This document shows positions 50,263 to 64,000 of a stretch of DNA of 64,000 bases, one piece after another. Origin of the DNA: Vicugna vicugna (Eukaryota); the NCBI GenBank assembly GCA_013265495.1, contig MU058423.1, positions 5,990,939 through 6,054,938 on the forward strand, written 5' to 3'. Below the pieces are notes generated by a model, which was not told the origin of the DNA, searched no databases, and saw only the letters and a program-made list of their open reading frames with translations. Numbering within the stretch: the first letter of the stretch is position 1; each line of letters starts with the position of its first letter. The position numbers and the translations under genes are program-made.

Positions 50263-52204
50263 TGTGATATCTTACTGTATAACACATGAGACTGTTGGTA
50301 ATTATCAATATTTTCTGTGACATCCTAGGAAGTCACGATTAGGAACAAAGTGAATGGTGTCTGAAACATGAGCACAATTTCCTTATAGGCAAAGCAATAA
50401 TGAATCTCAAAGTGTGGTTTAATGACATACAATTCTTTAAACTTGTGACTCATTACTCTTTTAGCACTGTAATGTTTATATTTAATCATTACAATGCCTG
50501 CAAATGTTCCATGAAATACTTAGTTGAGATAAGATTTTCAAATTTTGTTTGTTGTGAAACTTCTTTCATTTTTGAACTTACACAGTAATATCCTAAAAAT
50601 TTTTAGCTTTTTCATAATTAGTAAGTGGCTAACTTATACTTAAATGACTTTTTCTTACTACGTTTGTGTCTCTTTTCTTATATGTGGTTCAAAAAAGCCT
50701 TTTTTTTCCTGGAACATAGAGTAGACTCTGGAATATATGTTATTTAAACATTATGGTTAACCAGAAATACTGACATAGAAGTAAATTTGGGGATAGGTTG
50801 TTTCTTTTGTAAATTTAACAGTTTCCTACAATCACCCAATTCTTAGTGAAATAGAAACTATTCTAAAGAAGTTTCCAAAATAGAAGCACTACTTTTTATA
50901 ATCATTGTCTATTCTGCTGTATAAAGTATAAAATAAGAGGCTCTCCATGTGAATAACCCACAGAAGACCATGTTGTTCTTGTGATATGCTACAGTGATAT
51001 ATGCAAAATATACTGCTAGATGAGAGGCATGTAATTTAATGGATGGTCTGATATATTGTCATTGCTAATAGCTTCAATTTTGATACCAGAGTGAAAGAGA
51101 GCTTATTAATCCAGAAATTTAGTGAACTTTCATGCTTATCTTCATGTTCACAGTTTTAATTTTTTTGACCCTTAAACTTTAACTTACACACACTAGAAAT
51201 ATTTATTTTTTTTCTAACTTTTTGATTATCTGATGTTAAAGTTGAACCAGATAACATTTAAAAGCCATGTCAGAAAAGAAAAAAAAAAGACTTCATTTTC
51301 TATGGTGTGACTAGGAGAATGCTTAGACTTCTGGGCACTGGGAAAATGATGAAAACATAGATCTAAACTGAAATGACTACATATACACTCACCATCTTCT
51401 CATTTTCAATGAAGAAGTATATTACTTCCCTTATTTTATAAGTAGGATGGGTTCATCAGTAACTTTTAGGACATGTAGCTTCAAAGTTTCAGGCAAGAAA
51501 TATAGTGAAATTCAAGCCCCAAATAGTTACCAGACTCCTATCTTTTAGACACAAATTTCAATTGTTAAAATTATCACAGAGAACTACATTATAGAATATA
51601 CATAGTTTTGTATCATCTTAGAAATTCAGTCTAAACTTGTGTTTTAATGTTTTTACTAATTAGATAATCAAGGCTCATAATAATCTTAAAATAACATAAT
51701 AAATAATTAACATTCAATGCTATTTAGCCTCCATATCTTTTGTCACCTGGGCTGGTGTCTATGCTTTTGTTGTTTTTGAGCCAGTTCTATTTCATATATA
51801 TTTCATAAGTTTTAAGGAATCACTTCTAACTTGGATATGTTAAGGTTATGAGAGAAATTATGTGCTCTGTCTCATGGAATTGAGACCAAAGTTTTACATA
51901 AATAAACCAACTGGAGAGCAATACAAGATAAAATTGACAATAAAATAGTAACTAGTATTTATTGATACATTTATATCATTCAGAAGTGAAATGCTTCATA
52001 GAGGCTATATGATAAAATATTCAAAAATTATAATGGACTTTCAATTCCAAACAGTCCTCAGATTTACTCTCTGAGGCACCACAGCCCAAGCTGTATTGCC
52101 TTGGCAGGTCACTTATTTTCTCATGTATTAAATATGTAAAGTATTAGTTACCTATACTCTAGGTTTAATCAATGAGATATAAATTTAATGAAGACTTGTC
52201 TAAG

Positions 52205-52520
52205 CAGTTAGGTAGATGCAATTTATTAACCAGTTAATCTTTTCGTAAGCTCATACTACATGTCAGGTGTTATGTTAATTCCTGAGGAAATCCAGGTTCA
52301 GTCATGGATGATTATTTTGCTGTCAAGGAGTTTATAATTTGGGGGTAGAATGACATAAGTAAATCAAGAATTGAAATGCACAGGGTGTATTCAGTTGCTG
52401 TAGGAGCACATATGAGGTGTGCCACTGTTTAGATGGCTGGTCAGGGAATACATAAAGAAGCAAGAAGGATGGATAAGTTGCATCAGGCAGAGAAAACGAA
52501 CATGTGATAAACAGATGAAA
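52205..52520 (-). mobile_element. L2 3' end
   Basis: tactacatgtcaggtgttatgtta...tgctgtcaaggagtttataatttggggg. Confidence 0.65.
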
Positions 52521-55049
52521 CTGAGGAATCCAAAATGCCTAGAATTAAGGCAGGAGGTTCATTTCGCAGAGAATTTGGTTTGATATACTTTGTGCATGAT
52601 CTGAGATGTGGAGAAGAGTCCACAGACATTGGAGTGCCAGTGGGACTAAAGCAAACAACATTTTAAACAAAATATCTGAACATTACTAAGCATTACACTA
52701 CAAACAAACATCTACAATTTTTAAAATGCTTATTAAATTATTTCCCAGAGTGAAAGGAAAGCCTGTTATACAGCTCTCTAGCCTTGCAGCTCCCTTCAAG
52801 AGAAGACATGTGCCAGACACATCCAAGTAAGGAGCTGGACATTTTCAGCACCACTGGCCTATGTTAAACTGCCAATAGGTATTTTCTTAATTCAAATAAC
52901 AACCTTCTCCTGGCCATTGTTCTATAATCTGAATGCATTTTAATGAATTAATCACTCAGCTAATGATAATCTCTTTGAAATGTAAAATGGAACATTCCTA
53001 TATTCAATATTTCAAATATAACAGCTGGTTGTTTTGCTTTATGGATATCATTACAATTTTAACTTTTCAGCTTTGTGTCCCACGTGGAACACAGTAGCAT
53101 CCTTACATCTGCATGTGTCAAAAGGACTTGAGAAAATAAATCTCTCATCACCATCATCAAATCTCTCTGAATATCAACAGGGGAAAAAACTATAGTAGAT
53201 ACTATAAGGGCAGAAAAGTTTAGGGGATGAATTATACTAAAAGAAATTAGAACTTAAATATTAGTCAAGATCACATACTATTTCAGCATCTACATTACAA
53301 GGATATAATTGTTTCATGATGTCAGTTATATGATTTAAATAAATATAATTTTGAAAGAGTAAGAAAAGTTTTCAATTTTCATAAAACAGGTAATATTTCA
53401 TCTTACATGTTTCAGTAACTTGACTTGTAGAAAAACAGGCAGAGTAGGGCCTTTGGTACTGCATGAAGGATTTCCTTCATCACTGACGGGGTATATTTCA
53501 GTCTCCACACTAAGATACCAAGGGATTTTTACATGCTTCTTACCTCTTAAAGTGATTTTATTTATAGAGCAATTGTAACCTGCTAACAAAAGTCCCAGTT
53601 TTAGTGGCTCATAGGGAACCATGGATTATTTCCAGATGGACAGGAAAAAGCCTAGTCAGGAGAACTATGACTATAAAATTAAGGAGAATGAGGCAAAAAT
53701 TGTACTTGGTTAAGCAGAGGTATGATCTTATAAAAGATCCAAATTGAAAACATAAAACATAGAAAAGATGATATATAAAATGCTTTGTTTTGTGAAATTC
53801 AATACATATCAGACTTTTTTCTTATCATAACATTGTATTTTGCTTAATATTCTACAAGATACTAGCACCAAAGATATTTCATATAAACATCTGTCACATA
53901 TATATTTACTTTCTAGCATTATTATGATTTAGATTTTGTTATATCAGCTTGTAGTTGTCATAAAATACCTTGTTTGAATTCAAATGCAGAAATATATATT
54001 ACTGCATAGAGAAATCATTCCAGTTATAAAACTATAAATGGTCACAACACATTTTGCACTAAAGAACACTAGAAAGAAAACAAATGCTTTTTTGTGTGTA
54101 TATAACTATACCCAAAATACATAATGCAAAATCCTTTCTACTTAACTTTGTTTGTGGAACTTGTGCATTAAGACTTCTAAATTTGTTTTCTGTGGGTTTT
54201 TCAAAACAAAATACTTGTAATTTGAAAATAGGTATTTCAAGTGAATTTCATGTTTTTAGTCTTTCGTAATGAAGAATTAAAGTATGAACTTGAATATCAG
54301 CTTACGTGTTGAAGCACAGTATAAGTTAAAATAATTTTATTTCTGCTTGTATGCAGTGTTAAACTGATCTGTAAAAGCAGGCTCTCAGGTACTCAGGCAG
54401 ATTCTTGGGAAGACAGCAGGAGGTAGGTCATGGACTCAAGTTTAATAGTTCACCTAGGAATAATCAGGTTGATCTGTAATCCAGAAGGGTATTTGGGTAT
54501 TAATTATGTTAGATATGTTTCTTTCCATAGATTCAAATTGGATGACATCTGCTTCAATAGTTAGTGGCTTAAGAACCCAATTAGTAATTCACTGGATTCA
54601 GTGAGCGTGAGATTAAAGCAGAGGAATTGGCTGATCCTGTGAAATTTTCTATCTATGCTATTGTAGATTCTATTACTTTAGCCTTAATAAATGAGAAAAT
54701 GAGTGACTGAGACACTCATATTACTGCTAGAGAATATTTATTTTCCTTGCACCATTGTGTATACCTGCTCATAGATTATTTGATTGAATTTTTACAATGC
54801 CCTTTGTCTGTCAATAAGATCAAATTTTCCTCTCATTTGACACTTTCTCTGGACACTGTTTCATAATTTACTGCATCTTATTTTTTTAATCAATATTTTA
54901 ATTAATGACCCTTTTTCTAAGAAGGCATCATGACTCTTATACTATGTTTTAAATAATGTTCTTCACTCTTCAGGAATCTGAGGTTCTCTCTGTATTACTC
55001 TTAATAATAAAATTAGTTTACCAAGAAATTTAAAACAGTTTATTAGAAG

Positions 55050-55650
55050 TTTGGAGGTGGATGCAATTCCTATCCAGAGCAGGGATAAAGGAAGATTCTG
55101 AGAGGAATATAGCAAATATGCTAATTCTAAGGGTAAATAGAACTTAATCAAGCATATGGAAGCATCAGATGCAAAGTCCTGTAGATGACACAGTTTCTCT
55201 GGAACACAAAGACCTGTACAGTTGGAACACAGGCTGAGAGGTAAACCAGGAGAGAAAAGAGTCACACCACAAAGGATATTTTAAACCATTCAAAGGTGCC
55301 TATCTTTTAAGATTACTAAAATGAAGGACCAACCAGACTAATGGTGTTAACTTTGCCACTAACAATTCAGGGTACATCAGTATGGTGGAAAGAGGATCAG
55401 CAGGCAGAAAGACCACTCTTGAGCTAGTCATCAGTTGTTGGTTCTTTTCTTACATATGAAATGTTCAGTTAAACAGCCTCTTTTAATTGAATTCTGTAGA
55501 CACTGTAAGGTAGAGAGGTACAACATTTTTAAAGTGTTGAGTTTGAGAAGTCTTTGAAATATATGAATATAGTTATTGAGTTCTCAGTTGTATGTTTGGG
55601 CATATATCTCAGAGGAGAGTTCTAGGCTGGAGATACAATGGTGGAAATTC
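55050..55650 (-). mobile_element. L2 fragments
   Basis: gaagattctgagaggaa, gttgagtttgagaagtc, tctcagaggagagttctaggctggagatac. Confidence 0.55.
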
Positions 55651-56439
55651 TTGGAGCTTTTAGGAGTCTGAATAAATAACCCCTATATTTTCTGCTTAAA
55701 TTTGAAACCAACTGAATTAGGAGTTAGTGATCAAAATATCACTTTATTTTTTCTGATAAAACAAAATGGAAGAATATATCATAAATGTGCAGTTACAATG
55801 GTCATTTGAATTATAAATTTTTAAAAAAGGGACCCCTATAGTCTCCATTACTTGGTAGTAGTTAAAATCCATAGGTTTCCCCCATGAATGTCCGCTCTGC
55901 TAAGCTTATCATATGGCTGAAAGGTGATGTGAATATATTTCTTCTTCGAGTAAACAGATCCCAAAGAGAAGGAGGAAAAGCAAATTCAGTTGTTTCCCCA
56001 AAACATCAATCATCTAAGTTACTCTTTCTCCTATTTTAGTCAGAAAGAGACCAAAATATTGCTTAATTGAAAGTTCCTTCACAGGGAAGGGGAGGAAGTC
56101 AAGGGTGCGAGGTATTAAGTATTAAGCTCGTAACAGTGGAAATGAGTTTGTAAGTTATAATTCAAGTCATGAAAGTGATAAACTATTGGGAGAAAATCAT
56201 GTAAGAATAAAAGAAAATTTAAGCTTAAATCATTATAGTGCAATGTAAAAAACCACATTAATCTATGCTGAGGGACTAATGAAGAGCATAAAGTGAGACA
56301 GCCTCAAATTTGTACATTCTCAGCGCCTAGGGGAATACATTCCTATTTCAACCCCTTTAAGTTTTCCTTAATTATTTAAGCCAGTGGCCTTGGAACTCTA
56401 ATAAATGCCTTTAACAATTTTATTTACCCTTTAGTTAAC

Positions 56440-56780
56440 TATTCAGTTCAATAAATATTTATTTAGTGTCCACTATGCTCTAGACACAGAAATGTTATTA
56501 AAAATAATAAACATTAAAACATATATTTTCTACCATTGAAAAGTTTAATGGGGAATTCAGACAAAAAAAAAGTAAAAAATGTGTAGTATTTTAAATCTTG
56601 TGATCTGAAAGTGTAATACGTTGCGTGACCACACAGGTGAAGAAGACCGTCTCATTATTGGGAGTCAGGTTCTGCTTCCTAGAGGAAGTAAGTTCTAAGG
56701 CGAAATCATAAATTATTTTGGTTAGAGGATATGGTAATTGTCAGTGTAGTGTGGAGAAGAGAGTCCGAAACAGGAGGAAC
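56440..56780 (-). mobile_element. L2 3' end
   Basis: ttcaataaatatttatttagtgtccactatgctctagacac...tgcttcctagaggaagt. Confidence 0.65.
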
Positions 56781-56789
56781 AATCTGGCT

Positions 56790-56915
56790 CTCATTGACCA
56801 AACGCCACTAGAAGCCAAATGTCTAGGGACCCCCAAGCTGCAGTCCACAGACACCAGCCTTTCAAACAGATAGAACAGGGTAGAAAATGGCAAAAAGTGG
56901 CTTTGGAAGGATAAA
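56790..56915 (-). mobile_element. LTR33-like fragment
   Basis: ctcattgaccaaacgccactagaagcca...gcagtccacagacaccagcctt...gaacagggtagaaaatgg. Confidence 0.5.
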
Positions 56916-59900
56916 AATTATTATATTATTCAGGTGAAAGTAACATGTATCAAACAACTTATCTTGACTCTATTGGCACTCTTTTCCCTCAGGAACCAAA
57001 GAGGAGCCTTTTCCTTTACCCTGGTCATACTCTGGTGGTTACACACAGAAAATACTAAAGTGCAATTCAACCTCCAATCCCCAGGGAAAGAAGAGTGTGT
57101 AAGATATTGTTAACTTAAAGCTGATCTGTGGTGGCTCTTTGCTACCGAAGAGTTTACTAACTCTTGGCCAAGATAGGAATGAAACACTATATTAGTAATT
57201 GATTTTGTACTCCTTAATTAAAGTCCTAAAACTCCCCTGAAGGCATTACAACTTTGTTTATAGAAGTACGTAGGCTGATAGTGTGTAGTGACTGATTTAA
57301 CCAGTTACACAATCTGGTGTTGCTGTGTGACCAATGGGGTATTAAAATGGAAACAAAAACAAAACAAATGCCTTCAGTAAACTTTAGCCTCAGCTCCCCT
57401 GATGCCAGTATATATGTATCTTTATGGTTTGTGATCTTGAGATGAATCTTGTTCTGAGAGAATGAGAGAAGACCCTGAAAATCCTTTCCTAGATGTTTGG
57501 GACCTTCTTGATATTTTTTGCCTGTGTTTTGTTTCGCCTGCTCTGTCGTACACACTGCCTGTAGTAAAACCTCACCAAAGCATATTTTGTGTATTCACAT
57601 GAGCCTTCTAGGAATCCAATCCAAAATGAACATAATGCAATTGCTGCAATAATATATACAATAATAAAAAAATCTTTTCATTGAATAAAGGAATCCATGA
57701 ATTAATAAGTGAGTAAATGAATAGGGAGTGTCAACTACTTTATACAGACACTAAGTGCATAAATGAGGTGGATTCAGTGAATTCATAGGAGAATTTATTA
57801 TTATTAGCATTTAGGTGATTTTTAAATCCTCTTCTTACTCCTTTCTTTTAATGATCTCATATCTATATCAAAGAACATATATAATACATATATTCATTTT
57901 CATATTTTTTTCATTAAAGGTTATTACAAGATATTAAATCATAAAAGTTTTATTTATATGTTTAGCAAGATGGTAGAGTAAAATGACTTTTTTAACTTAA
58001 TACAAACTAAATTAAAAGAATTTCAGGGCATATAAAAAATAATGTGAACTGTCTTTGTCTTTGTTTATGTAAGCTAATGTCAGATGAGACCAGGACTTTG
58101 ATTATTAATTGTCACATAACCTCATGGTCCTAAATCTTTTTGAATCAGTTGTCAGGCTGACATACATTCCATCTAATACAGACAGTCCTTAGTTGGACTC
58201 ATGAAATGCTTCGCTTGCCTCTTTTCTACCATTCATTCTTCAGCCTGCCTTTGGAACCTACCATCTGCCAAACAATGAACTAGATGTTGGTGACACAATC
58301 ATCGAAAACAAGATAAAACATATTTCCTATGCTTGGAGAGTGGACTTGTGGAGGATATAGTCTTTTCAGCATATGATTCAATATAAAATTTGAAATGAAT
58401 GAAAATGAATTCTGTTTTGAAAGTAAAGAGGCCCTCAGATTCTTTTCTGAACCTAAGTAGCCTTGTTTCAACATTTCCCCATGACTGGCTCTGGTATTTC
58501 TGCACCAGTTCAGATAAAGCACACCTCTCAACTCAGGCATAGTTATTACTGCGTCTGCTTCGTTCTGCTTGGCTTCCCTGCATATGTACTCTGAGTTCCT
58601 GGACCCACAGATCATGCTGATTTTCTCCTCTTGACTCAGTTCTCCTTTTTAAAGGAAAAAATGATTTAAAATCTCTTCTCAAGTAACTCATTAGTTCTTG
58701 CTACTAGATAGATGGATTTAATCTACTCATTTTAATATGATTTTTTATTTTAAACATTGTCTTTTACCAAATAAATTTTGTTGAAGACAAATTTTGTTAA
58801 CAAAATTGATGTCTTTATTCCTAGTCTAGATATATGTGAATTGAAAGAGAGTTCCTTTAATTTCTGGATTGTAAGTAAAAGATATCTTAGAAATTTGATA
58901 CAACATCATATAAGTAGAGGTTAAGAATAGTACCTGAAAGTTGAACCAAAATATGAAAGAAAAACCAGGCAAAGAATATCTACCAGAAATATGCACAGGA
59001 AAAGGTATGCAGCCAGGATCCAGTTTAAAAAGGAGTAAACCTAATGCCAGGATTTAAGAAGTTGGAACTTAAGTACTATTGATGGAACAGAGCATATATT
59101 TTAGTTCCTTTGAATACATGTTAATATACTTTGTCAAGTACTTAGATTACCTTTCTACAAAAGAAAATCAAACTGTTGAAACCACATTCCCTTGTAACTC
59201 ATTTGCTAGCTGGTCCCTGCTAGCAAATGGCTTACACAGTATTAAGGGTTTAAAACATAGCTGAAGACCCTTCCATTTCTAAAGCTTTCCCTTCAAATGA
59301 ATATAATTAATAACACCTGTCCTTTGCTTTGGCTGCTGCATGTTTCAATGTGGTAGAAATTTAAGACAGTGAGGTCTCAATTTTTCTCCATGTGAAGCTG
59401 AGAAAACCTGTCTATGGTATTGATGCTGGGATGATATCTAAATCACATGCTTGAGAGTCAGGCTTATTGTTCTAAATATAATTTGACGTTTAAAATGAAG
59501 CTGACTAGAGAAAAAGCTGGGATTTACACTTCATTTTAAAAATCCTTAGTGGAAGTATGTGATCAGGACAACTACAGACTCAAAACTGGTATCTTGATGC
59601 CAATAATGCCTGACTGCAAGATGTCAATAGATAATATACAGAGTGAATACATGTCTAATTTTATCATGTTAAATGTAGAATTTATCACTACATTGCTAGA
59701 AGAACCATAAAGATAATTAAGGACAAGTCTCTAAAGGCAAAAACCTCAATTTCTCATTAATTATCTAGATATTTGAGTCTCAATTATATTTAGAAGCCTT
59801 TAAATGTATGTGTCAAATGTAAATGACATAGTGCTGTATATCCAATATTTTGGCTGAGTAAATTGGTAAAGAGACTGTTTAAACCTTCAACCCAGGGGCC

Positions 59901-60724
59901 ACTCCGGAAGTCCATGTGTTGCGGCACTGGGCCTTTGGCCTCCCAGAAAGCACTGGACTTCCTGCCCACACACCCAAAGGTCTGTTTCTGACCTTTGGGA
60001 GGTCCTGCCCCTGCATAGTCCTTGTGCCAGAGCCTGATCCCTCACACCTGACTGGATCCCTGGGACACGGCACTGCGGCACTGTGACTGACTGAGGCATC
60101 GAACTGGGGTTGGTTTGATAGGTGGTGTGGGCCAGACTCCCTGTCTGGGATAAAGGGCCTCTGGTACCCGGGGCACCCAGGTGTTCTCATCCCAGGACCT
60201 CTTTGCTGGCCCACACAACTTGAGTTCTCTCCAGATCGGTCTTCCTCTGGGAAGAGTGGTCAGGGCCTCAGTGCCTGGGCTTGATTCTGTCTTCCTCTGG
60301 GCCACCCCTGGCATTCAGTGCATCCTCGTGCAATCTCTCCCTGATCCTCCATCTGGAGCCACACTTACTCCCTGCTCCATACACAAAGCTACAATATGCA
60401 CACTGTGTGCTCAAGAAACCCACATTTTAAAAAACTTTTGAACCATTTTGAAATCTGTACAATGGTTTTTGTCAATATATCTTTGTGATTTTTAAGACAG
60501 GTTATGACTAGTATACCTTGAGAGCAAATAGAGGAGGTACCTAATTTAGGGAGAGTTGGCACTGATATATTTAGGACACTGCAATATTTGGGACATGGTA
60601 GATGCTTAAATATTTGCTGTTATTATGGTTATTTTTATTGAAATTATTTTTATTATTACAGCTGGAGAGAGCATATGGGAGACATCGAGGTGAATGCTCT
60701 AGCTAGAACAAGAGTTGAAGAGCA

Positions 60725-60854
60725 AATACCCAGAACTTACCCATCTTTTAACTGAAAGTTTGTAACCTTTGACCAACAACTTCCATTTCTCCCACCTATG
60801 CCCAGCCCCAGCCAAACACCAGTTTATTAAAAGTGGAATAATTTTTTTTCAGAT
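60725..60854 (+). repeat. Dispersed direct copy of 62345-62473 (segment of the L1MA9-like 3' UTR)
   Basis: 111/115 identical over 60725-60839 versus 62345-62459, offset 1620 bp. Confidence 0.97.
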
Positions 60855-61089
60855 GAGAAAATGAGATGAGAAAAAAATAATAAAAACAGCCATTAGTTTG
60901 ACCAAGACATTTTTAACCCTAGTAGGGACTGCATAAGTCTGGAGGAGAGGGAGCCTTTTTATGTTGAAGACAGGGATAACTATTTGAAATCTATCTGCCA
61001 AGAAATTTTCTTTTTTTTTTAATTGATAGAAATGGCACAATTTTCTAATTGGCACTAAGGCTGCCTTATACGCTAACAGAGGGTCTTTT

Positions 61090-61320
61090 GGCATATTGTT
61101 TGTAATTATCACTGTGGAAGTGGATGAAAGGATAGAGGTTAAAATAAAGAGATGGGGAATGTATAATGTAAGAATAAAGCAGGCCAAGGCCAGAACTCTG
61201 GAAAACAACTATTTAAGTGGTGCATACAGCAGAAAAGATCCAGGCAAGAAAGCTGAGGAGGAATGTTCAGAGAAACCGGGAGGAAACCAGGACACAATAA
61301 CATCTGAAAGTTCAGAGTTT
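61090..61320 (-). mobile_element. L2 fragment
   Basis: aggccaaggccagaactctggaaaacaactatttaag...gcaagaaagctgaggaggaatgttcagagaa...ggaggaaaccaggac. Confidence 0.7.
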
Positions 61321-62089
61321 ACCTTGGGTCCGCAACTCTGATGCGATTTGATACCGTTTGGAATAGTGTTTTCCATGTAACTTAATTCACATTAAATGAA
61401 TTTCCTCCTCCTCCTCTACTTTTCAAATTCAATGCTTTCTCCAGCCCACATAGCTCTTTGCTGACCCCTTCTGATTCTCACCTGCTACAACTCCTGCAAA
61501 TGACAATTGTGAACTTAGCTCAACCTTAAAAAATCAGAGCCTGACAGTTCCTGATTTTTACCACCAGGGGCCTGATTTCTACACTCGATCCTTCTAAGAC
61601 ATGTAATTCTCTTCGTGAATCTCAGTTACCTATGGGGGTGCAAATCTCTTCTATTTCAGTTTCTGCTTATTTTTAATTTCTAATGATATCTCGCACAAGG
61701 TTAACATCAGGGCAGTCTTGAGTGACATGAACAAAGCAATGAAGATATTAGATTTTCAGGGGATCCAAAATAAGTCTAAATTTGATAGGCCTGGTATCTA
61801 TGTACTTGGAGAGAACTCTGGATATCTGAAAGATCACTGAACTTCACAACTCCAAAATTAACTTCTCATTTGCCTAATTCATAAAAATGAGATTCCACCT
61901 TCAATTTCTATTTACCAGTTTAAAACCTGAATGATCTAATGTTAGTTGCCCCTTATGTGCTTCCAAATTGTCCATTTCATCAAGACTGCACAGTGATTGA
62001 CTTCCTAATCATCACTTTTTGATGCTAGACCTTTAGTTATTTATGATCTCAATCCTAGTCAATATATTTTCTCTTTGCGAAGATTATAC

Positions 62090-63940
62090 CTTTATTTTTT
62101 CCAGCCTTATTGAGATAAACTTGAAAAAATAACATTGTATAAGCTTAAAGCATACAGTGTGATGATTTGATATACATATATATTTTGAAAAGATTACCAC
62201 AATAAGGTTTTTAACACGTCCATCATTTCAAATGCAATCTCATATACTTACCTTTTATGTGTTGTGTGTGTGTGGCGAGAACATTTGAGATTTATTCTCT
62301 TATATAATACTGTATTATTGACTACAATGATCGTGCTCTACATTAATACCCAGAACTTATCCATCTGTTAACTGAAAGTTTGTAACCTTTGACCAACAAC
62401 TTCCATTTCTCCCACCTATGCCCAGCCCCAGCCAAACACCAATTTATTAAAAATGGAATCAGTTTTTTTAGATTTCACATATGAGATTACACAGCACTTG
62501 ACTTTCTCTCCCTCACTAATTTCACTTAGTATAATATCTTCAAGTTTCATCCACATAACAAATGGCAGTATTTCCCTCTTCATGGCTAAGTAATATTTCA
62601 TGTATATACACATACATTTTTTTCATCCCTTTATCCATCAGTATACACTTAGGTTGTTTCCATGTCTTGGCTACTGTGAATAATGCTGGAATAAATAGAT
62701 AGTGACTTCATTTCCTTCAGATACATACCCAGAAGTAGTATTGCTGGATCCTATGGTAGTTTTTTAAAATAATTTTTGAGGAACTTCCATGCTGTTTTCC
62801 ACAGAGGCTGTACCAATTTACATCCCCCCTCAAAATGCACAAGAGTTCCCTTTTCACCACATTCTCACCAGGATTTATTGTCTTCTCTTTTTAACAATAG
62901 CCATCCTAACAAGTGTGTGATAATATTGCAATATGATTTTGATTTGCGTTTCCCTGATGTGACTAGTGTTGTTGATCACATAGTCATGTATTTCACCATT
63001 TATATATCTTTTTTTGAGAAAAATATCTATTCAGGTCCTTTGCCCATTTTAAAATTAGATTATTTTTTGCTGTTGAGTTATATGAGTTACTTATATATTT
63101 TGGATATAATAACTTATCAGATGGATGGTTTACAAATATTTTTTCCCGTTCCATAGGTTGCACTTTCATTTTTTTGATTGTTTCTTTTGCTGTGCAGAAG
63201 CCTTTTAGTTTGATGTAATCTCACTTGTTTATTATTGCATTTGTTTCTTGTGCATTTGGTGTCACTTCCAAAAACTCATTGCCAAGACCAATTTCAAGAA
63301 CCTTTTCCCCTATTTTCTTCTAGGAGTATTATAATTTCAGGTCATACACTCCAGACTTTAATCTATTTAGAGTTAATCTTTTGTAAGTGGTATGAGATAA
63401 GCATCTAGTTTTATTCTTTTACATGTGACTATATAATTTTACTAGCATCATTTATTGAAGAGGCTGTCTTTTCTCCATTGAGTTCTCTTGGCTCCCTTGT
63501 CAAATGCTAGTTGACCATATATACATGGGTTTATTTTTGACCTTATGATTCTGTTTCATTTGTCTATGTATTTGTTTTATACCAAAATTGTACTGTTTTG
63601 ATTACTTTGACTTTGTAATATAGTTTGAAATCAAGAAGTGTGATGCTGTCAGCTCTGTTCTTTCCTGAAATTGCTTTATCTAATTGAGGTCTTTTGTGGT
63701 TCCATACAAGTTTTAGGACTTTTTTTCTATTTCTGTGAAAAATGTTATTGCAATTTTGGTACTTATGGCTTTGATTCTATAGATTGCTTTGGGTAGTATG
63801 GACATTTTAACAATATTAATTCTTCCAATCCATGAACATGGATATCTCTCCACTTATTTGTGCCTTTTTCAATTTCTTTCATCAATGCCTTATAGTTTTT
63901 CAGTGTTTAGATCTTCATTCATCTCCCTGTTAAATTTATC
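62090..63940 (-). mobile_element. L1MA9-like element (3' UTR and ORF2 3' part, 5' truncated)
   Basis: T-rich end followed by ccagccttattgagata. Antisense ORF2 motifs (catacccagaagtagtattgctggatc; tgtgcagaagccttttagtttgatg; ttcttccaatccatgaacatgg). Confidence 0.93.
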
Positions 63941-64000
63941 ACATCAGCTAAAAATGCTACAAGGGGAGATTTGACATATTACATGTGGAATGGAAGGTAT

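Noticed and set aside
53544..53579. 36-nt minus-strand micro-exon (ttttgttagcag|...GAG|gtaaga)
   Set aside because: No linked promoter, neighbouring exons or recognisable peptide. Such signals are expected by chance.
61529..61574. 9-bp inverted repeat and adjacent CTCF-like CCACCAGGGGCC
   Set aside because: The stem is mostly A/T, and the motif mismatches a key G of the CTCF core.
1..64000. CRISPR arrays, operons, rRNA or other prokaryote-type systems
   Set aside because: The sequence is mammalian. There are no regularly spaced repeat-spacer arrays and no long intact ORFs.

Overview
AT-rich, repeat-dense mammalian genomic DNA, most likely from a camelid. The species call is inferred from two tRNA-derived vic-1-type SINEs and lineage-style L1 3' ends. 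There is one assembly gap (268-664). Most of the window is layered transposable-element debris: young and ancient L1, L2, MIR, MaLR/ERVL/ERV1 LTRs, two ERV-L remnants with dUTPase homology, and a few DNA-transposon MITEs. The only clearly gene-like element is a small CpG island at about 6.3-6.9 kb with GC boxes, tandem ETS sites and splice donors on both strands, consistent with a bidirectional promoter whose gene(s) I cannot name. I recognise no protein-coding gene and find no convincing new biological system. The most interesting observations are structural: a 115-bp local templated copy of an old L1 segment, a twin-primed inverted L1 whose missing upstream part matches an orphan L1 fragment about 15 kb away, nested LTRs, an internally deleted L1, and three unexplained foreign inserts. 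Repeat subfamily names come from recalled consensus motifs, not a database search. Boundaries of old repeats are approximate.
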